Positions 19,196-27,246 of a DNA stretch of 37,882 nt are shown here, in pieces; the stretch's first letter is position 1, and the number at the start of each line of letters is the position of its first letter. Source of the DNA: Bdellovibrionales bacterium (GTDB lineage: Bacteria; Pseudomonadota; Alphaproteobacteria; UBA9219; RFNS01). The notes beneath the pieces were generated by a model. That model ran no database searches and was not told the DNA's origin. It worked only from the letters and a program-made list of their open reading frames with translations. The stretch covers positions 1 to 37,882 of the forward strand of contig JBDHTV010000001.1 of the NCBI GenBank assembly GCA_039808825.1. Direction: 5' to 3'. Position numbers and translations under genes: made by a program.

Positions 19196-19209
19196 GATAT
19201 ATTGCAATA
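19196..19209. promoter_or_regulatory. Perfect 14-bp palindrome TATATTGCAATATA, candidate operator/promoter element upstream of the 19232 ORF
   Basis: Read directly from the sequence; it is its own reverse complement. It lies 23-36 nt upstream of the ATG at 19232 in an AT-rich stretch. Confidence 0.35.
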
Positions 19210-19231
19210 TAAGAAAAAGCAGGACTACCAC

Positions 19232-19495
19232 ATGCAAGATAAGGTTTTAGTACGCTACGGCGTTGTTGATATTTTGCGCATCGAGCATGACAAAATAAGG
19301 CTTACGCTCGCGGGAAAAATTATTATCGTGCCGCATGAAAGGTTCAAAGGCAGTAATGGCGTCTGGGGCACTGCCTATGACTTGACCAATGCTTTTTATG
19401 AGACGGACCATACCCGTCTTTCCGCTGAAACGCGGGCCGTATTGCAGGAAAATATCCGGCTAGGCCACCACGAAACACCTTGTATGTTCGAATAA
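19232..19495 (+). CDS. Hypothetical small protein (87 aa), first gene of a low-GC two-gene module
   Basis: The ATG at 19232 has an AGGA SD 7 nt upstream (the ORF-track TTG at 19202 is less likely). The stop is at 19493-19495, 2 nt before the next ATG. No family recognised. Confidence 0.45.
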   Translation: MQDKVLVRYGVVDILRIEHDKIRLTLAGKIIIVPHERFKGSNGVWGTAYDLTNAFYETDHTRLSAETRAVLQENIRLGHHETPCMFE

Positions 19496-19497
19496 CC

Positions 19498-20787
19498 ATG
19501 CTGCCAAACCAACCTCAGGCGATCAGGCGTTTGGTGCGTGATAAAGCGCAAACCGATGCCCGCAATATTAGCGTCGTTTATTCCGGCCCACAGAATCTCG
19601 GTCGCGCTCTTGCCGCCGATCTGGCTGACGATGACCCCACGAAAAACAACCATGCCCGGGCCAAGCATTTTGCTCATGCGACCGGCGCGAATATTATTGA
19701 TCGCACTACGGCGGGCAGAATGCTCGTTAATCACAGCAGCGATGTGTATGTCTTATTGAGCGAAGCACGTAAAGCCGAGACCGATGCGCGTTTCCCCGAT
19801 AGGAGTGATCCCGCCTACAACACGGCGTTACAACGTGCAATTGACCACGGACGGCATCAGGCGAACTGTATTTTCAGTCTGATATCGCGTGAAATGTGCA
19901 CCACGTTGAGCGGAGCAGTTCGTACTTTTGTTTGTGGAGCAGGCGCCGACCGGGTATTTCGGCAAGACGAACTCGAATCGTTGATGCAGAATCGCGATAT
20001 CACCAGTATCAATGGCGTGGAACGTCAACGTTTTGAAAAAGTCTATCATGCGGAGCGCATCGCCGCACGGCGGAATGCAGCAACAGATGAGCGCACAGAA
20101 CTCACCCGCACGTTCCGCGCCATTTGCCTCGCCGAGTTGCGGCAGGATCGGGCACAGGCTTTCCGCACCGGCGATCCCGGCTTAATTCAGGATGTCGTGC
20201 TGCGGCATGAAATTTATCGCGGCCAGCAGGCCATAGAAAACGGCGCACCGCCCGAGCCGATCGAGGCCGTGCGCGTCCGCATCGCGGAACGCAGCGCAAA
20301 AATCATCGCCTTCACCCAGAACCGCAATCGCAGCGAAGCCCGCGCGGGGATCGAAGCCATCATGGCGGCGCGGGTCAAGCAAGGTGTTTTAACATCGGAA
20401 CACGCGGCGGCATTATCCGCCAAATTGACGGAAAAGCTGGCCGACCCGCACCGGGCCTATCGCATCAACCAGTCGCTTAAAATGCAAAAAGCGATGGAAC
20501 GCATCAGACACCAGGCCGATCCTTATGCGATGGGCGATTACACGCGGCTTTATACCGCGTTGCTGACCGATACCCAGCTCATCAAACATCGGCACGTCAC
20601 GACCGGCAACGTTCCTGCACCGGAAACAACGATCCAGCGCGCAGGCACCGCCTTTTCCGACCATGTGCGGACGCAGCAGCAGCGGGCCTACGCCCATATG
20701 GGCCAGGAAATCGCGGCAAGCCGCACGCGGCAAAACAAAGCGGGCGCAGCGGCAAACGCCAAGCCGCGCCTCCTGCCCACGACCTGA
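19498..20787 (+). CDS. Hypothetical 429-aa protein: globular N-terminal domain of about 190 aa plus a long Arg/Ala/Gln-rich helical tail. Possible NAD-utilising (ADP-ribosyl-cyclase-like) enzyme, unverified
   Basis: Long ORF that is not a shadow of any gene on the opposite strand. The start is taken at the ATG at 19498 (MLPNQPQ), right after the upstream stop. Motif order: VVYSG ... NIIDRTTAGRML ... SREMCTTLSGAVRTFVCG ... FRQDELESL. Confidence 0.55.
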   Translation: MLPNQPQAIRRLVRDKAQTDARNISVVYSGPQNLGRALAADLADDDPTKNNHARAKHFAHATGANIIDRTTAGRMLVNHSSDVYVLLSEARKAETDARFPDRSDPAYNTALQRAIDHGRHQANCIFSLISREMCTTLSGAVRTFVCGAGADRVFRQDELESLMQNRDITSINGVERQRFEKVYHAERIAARRNAATDERTELTRTFRAICLAELRQDRAQAFRTGDPGLIQDVVLRHEIYRGQQAIENGAPPEPIEAVRVRIAERSAKIIAFTQNRNRSEARAGIEAIMAARVKQGVLTSEHAAALSAKLTEKLADPHRAYRINQSLKMQKAMERIRHQADPYAMGDYTRLYTALLTDTQLIKHRHVTTGNVPAPETTIQRAGTAFSDHVRTQQQRAYAHMGQEIAASRTRQNKAGAAANAKPRLLPTT

Positions 20788-20788
20788 A

Positions 20789-21538
20789 TTAATCGAGTTT
20801 GTTGCCGAAAGTGATGAAGTGCCAGACTTCGGGCCGCTCCTGCTTGAGCCGCCGCAAGAGGCTCTCGATCTTGGCGTAGCAGGGTTGGCGCAGCCCGTGA
20901 CATTCCACGAGCGGCCCAACCGGCGCGAAATAGAGCCCTAGCCCCTCCAGCATGCGCAGCAGCGCCGGTTCCGCCAGCGCCGAGAGGTGCGTGATATGCG
21001 CCTCGCGCGCCATCATCAGCAGCACGCGCAACAGCCCAAGACTGACATGCGGAATACGCCGCTGATTGTCGCCGTCGAGCCACGGGCTCACCGCGCCATA
21101 TTCGCCGTCGTTCCAGCGGCGGCGAAATTCCTTGGCAATGAGGAAGCGCGATACTTCCGCGGTGCTTTCAGCCGGGCAGTCCTGTTGCAAGATCGGAGCA
21201 AGGGCAAAGCTCGGCAATGGCGTTTTCGCATCGGGCAGAATAAGCCTTATTGTGCCGATGAAGCGGTTATCGGGCAGATAGCATAGCACGGCCTGCCGCG
21301 CCCTGGCGTCGAACGCATCGGTCTCCAACTGTTCGGGATAATCCGCCGGGTTCAGCAGCTGCCGCTCCTCGCACAGCCCGCGATAGCGCAGATGATAGGC
21401 TGCGTTGGCGAGCGCGCTTGTCGCCGCAGGCAACGCTTCAAAATACTGCAAATATTGTTGCGTGAGATCGGCCGGGTCGGCATAGCGGGCTTCGGCGGGT
21501 TTGCGTCCGCGCCGTTTCGCTGTCAGCGTCGTTGACAT
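20789..21538 (-). CDS. GNAT-fold N-acyl amino acid synthase / PEP-CTERM-exosortase-associated-type acyltransferase (LuxI/FeeM-like)
   Basis: 249 aa. The pattern IGTIRLILPD....LP...........AEVSRF.I.KEFRRR ... LGLLR.L...A....ITH..A..EP.LLRML..LG..F...GP..E.HG.RQPCY matches what I remember of this acyltransferase family. Confidence 0.7.
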   Translation of the reverse strand: MSTTLTAKRRGRKPAEARYADPADLTQQYLQYFEALPAATSALANAAYHLRYRGLCEERQLLNPADYPEQLETDAFDARARQAVLCYLPDNRFIGTIRLILPDAKTPLPSFALAPILQQDCPAESTAEVSRFLIAKEFRRRWNDGEYGAVSPWLDGDNQRRIPHVSLGLLRVLLMMAREAHITHLSALAEPALLRMLEGLGLYFAPVGPLVECHGLRQPCYAKIESLLRRLKQERPEVWHFITFGNKLD

Positions 21539-21810
21539 GAAACAACCTCAAAAAATGAATCGGCTTTAATAAGTTCCATTCTGCCGTGCAGATATTAACG
21601 CCGCGTTGGCGAATGCTGGCATTTAGTTGATATCCAATACAGTAAGACGGCCTGCAAAATACTGCATTTGCCGCAACCACATTCACCCGGTGCCCATCCT
21701 GCGGCATCATGGCCAGACCGTTAATAAACGTCCGGCTTCTTCATAAAATCTTTAACATCACGGCGCATCTTGCCTGCGCTGGCACTTCTTTTCGTACGCA
21801 AGGTCATCAT

Positions 21811-23244
21811 ATGTCCCAGAAAACCCCCATCACGGTCGCCTATGGCGACGGCATTGGCCCTGAAATCATGCCCGCTGCGCTGCAGGTGCTGGAAGCCGCC
21901 GGAGCACAGCTCGCGCTGGAGCCGATTACCATCGGCGAAAAAATTTATCTGAGCGGCAACACGACCGGTATCGAAGACAGCGCCTGGGAATCCCTGCGCC
22001 GCACCAAAGTGTTCTATAAGGCTCCCATCACGACCCCGATCGGCGAAGGTTATCAGAGCCTCAACGTCACCGTGCGCAAAACGCTAGGCCTGTTCGCCAA
22101 TGTCCGTCCCTGCGTCGCCTATCATCCCTTCGTCGCGACGAAATTTCCGGGCATGGATGTCGTCATCGTGCGCGAGAACGAGGAAGACCTTTACGCCGGT
22201 ATCGAATATCAGCAGACACCGGACGTCATGCAATGTCTGAAGCTGGTGAGCGTGCAAGGCTCCGAGCGCATCATCCGTTACGCGTTCGAATATGCGCGCC
22301 AGTTCGGCCGCAAGAAGGTGACCTGCCTGCACAAGGCCAATATCATGAAGATGACGGACGGGCTGTTCCGCACCATCTTCACCCGCGTCGCAGCGGAATA
22401 TCCGGAAATCGCCAATGATCAGATGATTATCGATATCGGCACCGCGCGTCTCGCCGCGCAGCCGAACAGCTTCGATGTGATCGTCACGCTCAATCTGTAT
22501 GGCGACATCATCTCCGACGTCGCCGCTGAAATCACCGGTTCGGTCGGCCTCGGCGCTTCGAGCAATATCGGCGCGCAGGTCGCGATGTTCGAGGCCATCC
22601 ACGGCTCCGCCCCGCAGATCGCGGGCCAGAATATCGCCAATCCGTCCGGCTTGCTGCTTTCGGGCGTACTGATGCTGCTCCATATCGGCCAGGCCGAGGT
22701 TGCGGCGCGCGTGCAGAACGCCTGGCTGCGCACGCTGGAAGAAGGATTGCATACCGGCGACATTTATAAAGAAGGCTTGAGCAGGCAAAAGCTCGGCACG
22801 CAGGAATTCGCCGCCGCCGTCATCGCGCGTCTGGGGCAAGTGCCGCAGACCATGCCCGCCGCCAACTACCGGCAGCGCGGCGCGATGCAGATTCCCGCCG
22901 TGCCGGTCATCCCGCCCCAGGAACAGGAGCTGGTCGGCGTGGATGTGTTTATCGGCTGGACCGGTACGACGGATTCCCTTGCCGCCAGACTGCTCCAGCA
23001 CAAAATGCCCGAACTGCAACTGACGATGATCACGAATCGCGGCGTGCGCGTCTGGCCGAATGGATTCGCGGAAACGATGTGCAGCCAGCATTACCGTTGC
23101 CGTTATACGGGCACGAAGGTCACGCAAAAAAACATCGTTTCGCTCTTGTCACAATTGACCGATAGCGGCTGCGATATTTTGATGACCGAAACGTTACGCA
23201 ATTTCTCTGGCAAGCGCGCTTATTCGCTCGGACAAGGTGAATAA
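21811..23244 (+). CDS. icd: Isocitrate dehydrogenase (isocitrate/isopropylmalate dehydrogenase family, alphaproteobacterial type with C-terminal extension)
   Basis: The start is trimmed to MSQKTPITVAYGDGIGPEI. Family motifs include VRENEEDLYAG, NLYGDIISD and EAIHGSAP. About 130 extra C-terminal residues follow the dehydrogenase core. Confidence 0.88.
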   Translation: MSQKTPITVAYGDGIGPEIMPAALQVLEAAGAQLALEPITIGEKIYLSGNTTGIEDSAWESLRRTKVFYKAPITTPIGEGYQSLNVTVRKTLGLFANVRPCVAYHPFVATKFPGMDVVIVRENEEDLYAGIEYQQTPDVMQCLKLVSVQGSERIIRYAFEYARQFGRKKVTCLHKANIMKMTDGLFRTIFTRVAAEYPEIANDQMIIDIGTARLAAQPNSFDVIVTLNLYGDIISDVAAEITGSVGLGASSNIGAQVAMFEAIHGSAPQIAGQNIANPSGLLLSGVLMLLHIGQAEVAARVQNAWLRTLEEGLHTGDIYKEGLSRQKLGTQEFAAAVIARLGQVPQTMPAANYRQRGAMQIPAVPVIPPQEQELVGVDVFIGWTGTTDSLAARLLQHKMPELQLTMITNRGVRVWPNGFAETMCSQHYRCRYTGTKVTQKNIVSLLSQLTDSGCDILMTETLRNFSGKRAYSLGQGE

Positions 23245-23313
23245 AATCTTAAGAGCGGATTCGCGCGGCACGAAAAACACGCTAGGAAAAATTTTCCGCA
23301 TTTTTTCCATGAC

Positions 23314-23328
23314 CGGCAATTTTTGCCG
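23314..23328. promoter_or_regulatory. Inverted repeat CGGCAA-TTT-TTGCCG between icd and fliF. Candidate operator (FlbD/ftr-like) or weak icd terminator
   Basis: Perfect 6-bp arms with a 3-nt spacer, read from the sequence, followed by ATTTTGTT. It lies about 130 bp upstream of the fliF start. A TTAA-N7-TTCA element (23335-23349) is adjacent. Confidence 0.3.
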
Positions 23329-23456
23329 ATTTTGTTAATGACATATTCATAGAAACCACGCCATCCTGCACCCAACATCGCGGCACGATATTTGCCATCA
23401 AGCGATAGCAGCGGGGTGCAAAACCAGCCCCGCATCATTAAGGCGGGAGCAGGAAC

Positions 23457-25145
23457 GTGGATAGTTTGATGCAAACCTTGCGCAATCTGGGGCCGATACG
23501 TCTGGCGGCCATCGGCATTGTCGCGGTCTCGCTGCTCGGCTTCTTCACCTTCATGACCACGCGCATGACTTCGGCGCAGATGGCGCTGCTCTATAGCGAC
23601 CTCGACGGTCAGGATTCGAGCGCCATCGCCAAAAAGCTCGACGGCATGAAAATCCCGTTCGAAGTTTCCGCCGACGGCAAGACCATCAAGGTCAGCAGCG
23701 ACATGGTCGGCAAGGCGCGTATGGCGGCGGCGGGCGAAGGACTGCCGCGCGGCGGCTCCATCGGCTACGAGATCTTCGACCAGAAGGAAGGCTTCGGCAC
23801 CACCAGCTTCGTGCAGAACATCAACCATCTGCGCGCGCTGGAGGGCGAGTTGGCCCGCACCATCGGCACGCTCAACACGGTCAGTTCCGCCCGCGTCCAT
23901 CTCGTGCTGCCGCAACGTGAATTATTCAGCCGTACCGAAACCCACGCCACCGCCAGCGTGTTCCTGCGTCTGCGCAATTCGCTCTCGAACGAGCAGGTCA
24001 ACGCCATCAAGAATCTGATCGCCGCCGCCGTGCCGCAGCTTCATACTGACGAAATCTCGATTGTCGACGACAAGGGCAATCTGCTCGCCAAGCCAAAGGG
24101 CACGGACGACGCCGACAGTATCAACGGCGCGAACCAGACCGAAATGCGTGCGAGCTTCGAGCAGACACAGGCGCGCAAGATTGAAGATTTGCTGGCGCAG
24201 AGCATCGGCTTCGGCAAGGTGCGCGCGAAGGTCTCGGCAGAGATGGACTTCGACCGCATCGTGACCCAGTCCGAAATTTACGACCCGGAAAGCCAGGTCG
24301 TGCGCTCGCAGCAGACCACAAGCGAAGAATCGAAGAACGCCGAAGGCGCCAATGGCGGTGCCGCCACGGTGCAGACCAACCTGCCCGCCGGCATCGAGGC
24401 GGGCGGCGGGAGCAGCAATAACTCCAATAACCGCAGCGAAGAAACGCTCAATTACGAAATCAACAAGACTGTCCGCAACCAGATCCGCGAAGGCGGCCAG
24501 ATCCGCAAAATGTCGGTCGCGGTGATGGTCGATGGCCGCTACGAAATGGAAAAGGACAAGGACGGCAAGGAAGTCAAGGACGGCAAGCAGAATTATATTC
24601 CGCGCACCGCGGAAGAGATGGATCAGATCAAGGCCCTGGTCCGCAGCGCCATCAGCTTCGACGCGACGCGCGGCGATACGGTCGAGGTCATCAATATGCG
24701 CTTCCAGCAGCCGGAGGCACCCGCCGACCAGCCGCTGCTTAATATGATGTTCGGCTTCCCGAAGGAAGACTTCATGCATCTCGTCGAAATTCTGGCGATG
24801 GCCGGTATCGGCGTGCTGGTGCTGCTGCTGGTGGTCCGCCCGCTGCTCAATCGCGTGCTCGAGTCGGCCAATTCGCTCGGCCAGGCGGCGCAGGATAATA
24901 CCAACGCCCTGCTCGCCGGCGGCGGTCAGGCGCAACTCACCGGCGGCCTGGGTGCGCCCGGCGGTCTGCTGACCGGCGGCGTGGGCGACGACGAGCCCGG
25001 TGCGCTCGAGCAAATGATCGATATCGGGCGCGTCGAAGGCCGCGTCAAGGCCTCGTCGCTGCGCAAGATCGGCGAGATCGTCGAAAAGCACCCCGAGGAG
25101 TCGGTGGCGATATTGCGGAACTGGATTTATCAGGAAAATCGTTAG
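23457..25145 (+). CDS. fliF: Flagellar M-ring protein
   Basis: 562 aa. N-terminal transmembrane segment, YscJ/FliF-type periplasmic region (LYSDLD...KL....IP), a second transmembrane segment near the C-terminus, and a C-terminal FliG-binding tail (...VAILRNWI). GTG start with a GGAGCAGGA SD. Confidence 0.92.
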   Translation: MDSLMQTLRNLGPIRLAAIGIVAVSLLGFFTFMTTRMTSAQMALLYSDLDGQDSSAIAKKLDGMKIPFEVSADGKTIKVSSDMVGKARMAAAGEGLPRGGSIGYEIFDQKEGFGTTSFVQNINHLRALEGELARTIGTLNTVSSARVHLVLPQRELFSRTETHATASVFLRLRNSLSNEQVNAIKNLIAAAVPQLHTDEISIVDDKGNLLAKPKGTDDADSINGANQTEMRASFEQTQARKIEDLLAQSIGFGKVRAKVSAEMDFDRIVTQSEIYDPESQVVRSQQTTSEESKNAEGANGGAATVQTNLPAGIEAGGGSSNNSNNRSEETLNYEINKTVRNQIREGGQIRKMSVAVMVDGRYEMEKDKDGKEVKDGKQNYIPRTAEEMDQIKALVRSAISFDATRGDTVEVINMRFQQPEAPADQPLLNMMFGFPKEDFMHLVEILAMAGIGVLVLLLVVRPLLNRVLESANSLGQAAQDNTNALLAGGGQAQLTGGLGAPGGLLTGGVGDDEPGALEQMIDIGRVEGRVKASSLRKIGEIVEKHPEESVAILRNWIYQENR

Positions 25146-25160
25146 CGGAGCTGATGGATT

Positions 25161-26183
25161 ATGGCGGTCAAGGTTCGTGACGACATCCGGGGTTTGAGCG
25201 GGGCGGAAAAAGCCGCCATCGTCATCCTGTCGCTGGGCGAAGAACAGGCCTCGCGCATCTTCTCGCACATGAATGACGAAGAGATCAAAGAACTGTCGCA
25301 GGTCATGGCCAATCTCGGCAATGTCAGCTCGAACCTCGTCGAGCGCCTGTTCGTGGAATTCGCCGAGCAGATGTCGTCGACCGGCTCGCTCGTCGGCACG
25401 CTGGAATCGACGGAGCGGCTGCTCTCCAAGGTGCTCGACAAAGGCCGCGTCGAGAATATCATGGAAGATATCCGCGGCCCCGCCGGCCGCACCATGTGGG
25501 ACAAGCTCGCGAACGTGAACGAGAGCCTGCTCGCCAACTACCTCAAGAACGAATATCCGCAAACCGTCGCCGTCGTCGTCTCCAAGATCAAGCCGGACCA
25601 CGCCGCGCGCGTGCTCGGCCAGCTGCCGGAAAGCTTCGCTATGGAAGTGGTGATGCGCATGCTGCGGATGGAAACGGTGCAGAAAGACGTGCTCGAAGAT
25701 ATCGAACGCACGCTGCGCAACGAGTTCATGAGCAACCTCGCCCGTACCAACCGCCGCAACCCGCATGAGGTCATGGCGGAAATCTTCAACAATCTTGACC
25801 GCGCCAGCGAAGCGAAGTTCATCGCCTCGCTTGAAGAGCGCAACCGCGACGCCGCCGAGAAGATCAAGGCGCTGATGTTCACATTCGAAGACCTCGGCAA
25901 GCTGACCGGCCCCGCGATTCAGGCGATTCTGCGCGTTGCCGATAAGGGCAAGCTGCCACCTGCGCTCAAGGGCGCTTCGGAGTCCATGCGCGACCTGTTC
26001 TTCAGCAACATGTCGGAACGCGCCGCCAAGCTGCTCAAGGAAGATATTCAGGCGCTCGGCCCCGTGCGCATGAAAGATGTCGAGGAAGCGCAGGCCACGC
26101 TGGTCAACGCCGCCAAGGATCTCGCCGCCAAAGGTGAAATCATCATCAAGGGCCCGGGCGAAGAAGACGAGATGGTCTATTGA
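25161..26183 (+). CDS. fliG: Flagellar motor switch protein FliG
   Basis: 340 aa. [17 protein letters not shown] start, [16 protein letters not shown], and a C-terminal torque-helix region. Confidence 0.93.
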   Translation: MAVKVRDDIRGLSGAEKAAIVILSLGEEQASRIFSHMNDEEIKELSQVMANLGNVSSNLVERLFVEFAEQMSSTGSLVGTLESTERLLSKVLDKGRVENIMEDIRGPAGRTMWDKLANVNESLLANYLKNEYPQTVAVVVSKIKPDHAARVLGQLPESFAMEVVMRMLRMETVQKDVLEDIERTLRNEFMSNLARTNRRNPHEVMAEIFNNLDRASEAKFIASLEERNRDAAEKIKALMFTFEDLGKLTGPAIQAILRVADKGKLPPALKGASESMRDLFFSNMSERAAKLLKEDIQALGPVRMKDVEEAQATLVNAAKDLAAKGEIIIKGPGEEDEMVY

Positions 26184-26185
26184 TC

Positions 26186-26869
26186 ATGGCAATCCCCCAG
26201 CCCCCCGCACAAAAATTCCTCTTCAACCGCTCGTTCGACAACTTGCAGGCCGAAAGCGCACAGCCGAAAGAACCGCCGCCGCCGACTTATTCGCAGGCCG
26301 ATCTCGACAGCGCACGCGAGAGCGCCATGCAGCAAGGCTTCGCCGCCGGACAGGACAGCGCGCAGCAGACCCAGCAGGCGCAGCTGCTTAGCGTGACGGA
26401 AACGCTCGCGACCCAAATTGCGGCGGCCTTTGATGCCGCCGCGGCGAACCGGCAGGCGCAGGAACAGGATATCGGGGATATCGCGCTCGCCATCGCGCGC
26501 CGCTTGCTGCCTGAGATCGTGAGCGAAAACGCGCTGCAGACGGTGAGCGGCATGGTCGCGCAGGTCTGCAAGGATATGGCGCGCGAACCGCGCCTGGTCG
26601 TGCGCGTGCCCGATGCGTTGCTCGACCCGTTGCAACAGCAGTTGTCCAGTATCACGCAGCAGCAGGCCTATGCCGGCAAAATCGTGCTGCTCGCTGACGA
26701 CACGCTGCACGCGGGCGACTGCAAGATCGAATGGTCGGACGGCGGCATCGAATGCAGCAGTGCTGCCATCTGGCAACAGATCGACGAAGCCGTGCGCCAG
26801 GCCAAAGTGCTGGCCCGCAACGGCGAACTGCCTTCCCCTTCCCCCCAATCCCCCAGCGTGCAGGAGTAA
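26186..26869 (+). CDS. fliH: FliH/FlbE-like flagellar assembly protein
   Basis: It occupies the position between fliG and fliN that FlbE/FliH occupies in the Caulobacter fliF operon. Gln/Ala-rich helical N-terminal half and a small C-terminal domain. Sequence similarity is only weakly recognisable by eye. TTG 26180 is an alternative start overlapping the fliG stop. Confidence 0.55.
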   Translation: MAIPQPPAQKFLFNRSFDNLQAESAQPKEPPPPTYSQADLDSARESAMQQGFAAGQDSAQQTQQAQLLSVTETLATQIAAAFDAAAANRQAQEQDIGDIALAIARRLLPEIVSENALQTVSGMVAQVCKDMAREPRLVVRVPDALLDPLQQQLSSITQQQAYAGKIVLLADDTLHAGDCKIEWSDGGIECSSAAIWQQIDEAVRQAKVLARNGELPSPSPQSPSVQE

Positions 26870-26875
26870 CGCACC

Positions 26876-27208
26876 ATGAGCAACCCGGAATCCCTCGAAC
26901 TCAGCGAACTGCCCGGCGGCACGGAACCTCCCGCGGGTGGCGGCGGACCGGCTGCCACGGTCGAAGATCTGGGCGCGGTCTATGGCATCCCCGTGCAGGT
27001 GTCGGCCGTACTCGGTAAGGCCGAGATGCCGGTGAGCCACTTGCTCAAGCTCGGCCGTGGCGCCGTCATCGAACTGGACCGCAAGGTCGGCGAAGCCATC
27101 GACATCTATGTCAACAACCGGCTCGTCGCGCGCGGCGAAGTCGTGGTGGTGGAAGACCGGCTCGGCATCACGATGACGGAAATCATCAAGGCCGAACAAT
27201 CCTCGTAA
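26876..27208 (+). CDS. fliN: Flagellar motor switch protein FliN
   Basis: 110 aa. SpoA-domain signature (V.V.AVLG......L..L..G.VIELD......IDIYVN..L.A.GEVVVV.D..GI.....I). Confidence 0.88.
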   Translation: MSNPESLELSELPGGTEPPAGGGGPAATVEDLGAVYGIPVQVSAVLGKAEMPVSHLLKLGRGAVIELDRKVGEAIDIYVNNRLVARGEVVVVEDRLGITMTEIIKAEQSS

Positions 27209-27246
27209 GTTCTGAATAAAACAGGATATTTTTAAAGGAACCCAAT

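Noticed and set aside
21709-21810. Upstream extensions of icd (21709), and likewise of the SDR gene (18169), the ArnT-like gene (to 11058) and gluQ (to 17757)
   Set aside because: The extensions add non-conserved residues ahead of N-terminal family motifs (GDGIGPE, the glycine-rich loop, HIGH). They run into neighbouring genes or AT-rich promoter DNA, so internal starts fit better.
23922-25766. 614-aa minus-strand ORF opposite fliF and fliG
   Set aside because: Same reasoning: it mirrors conserved flagellar genes, has a biased R/A/G/D/H composition and no recognisable domains.
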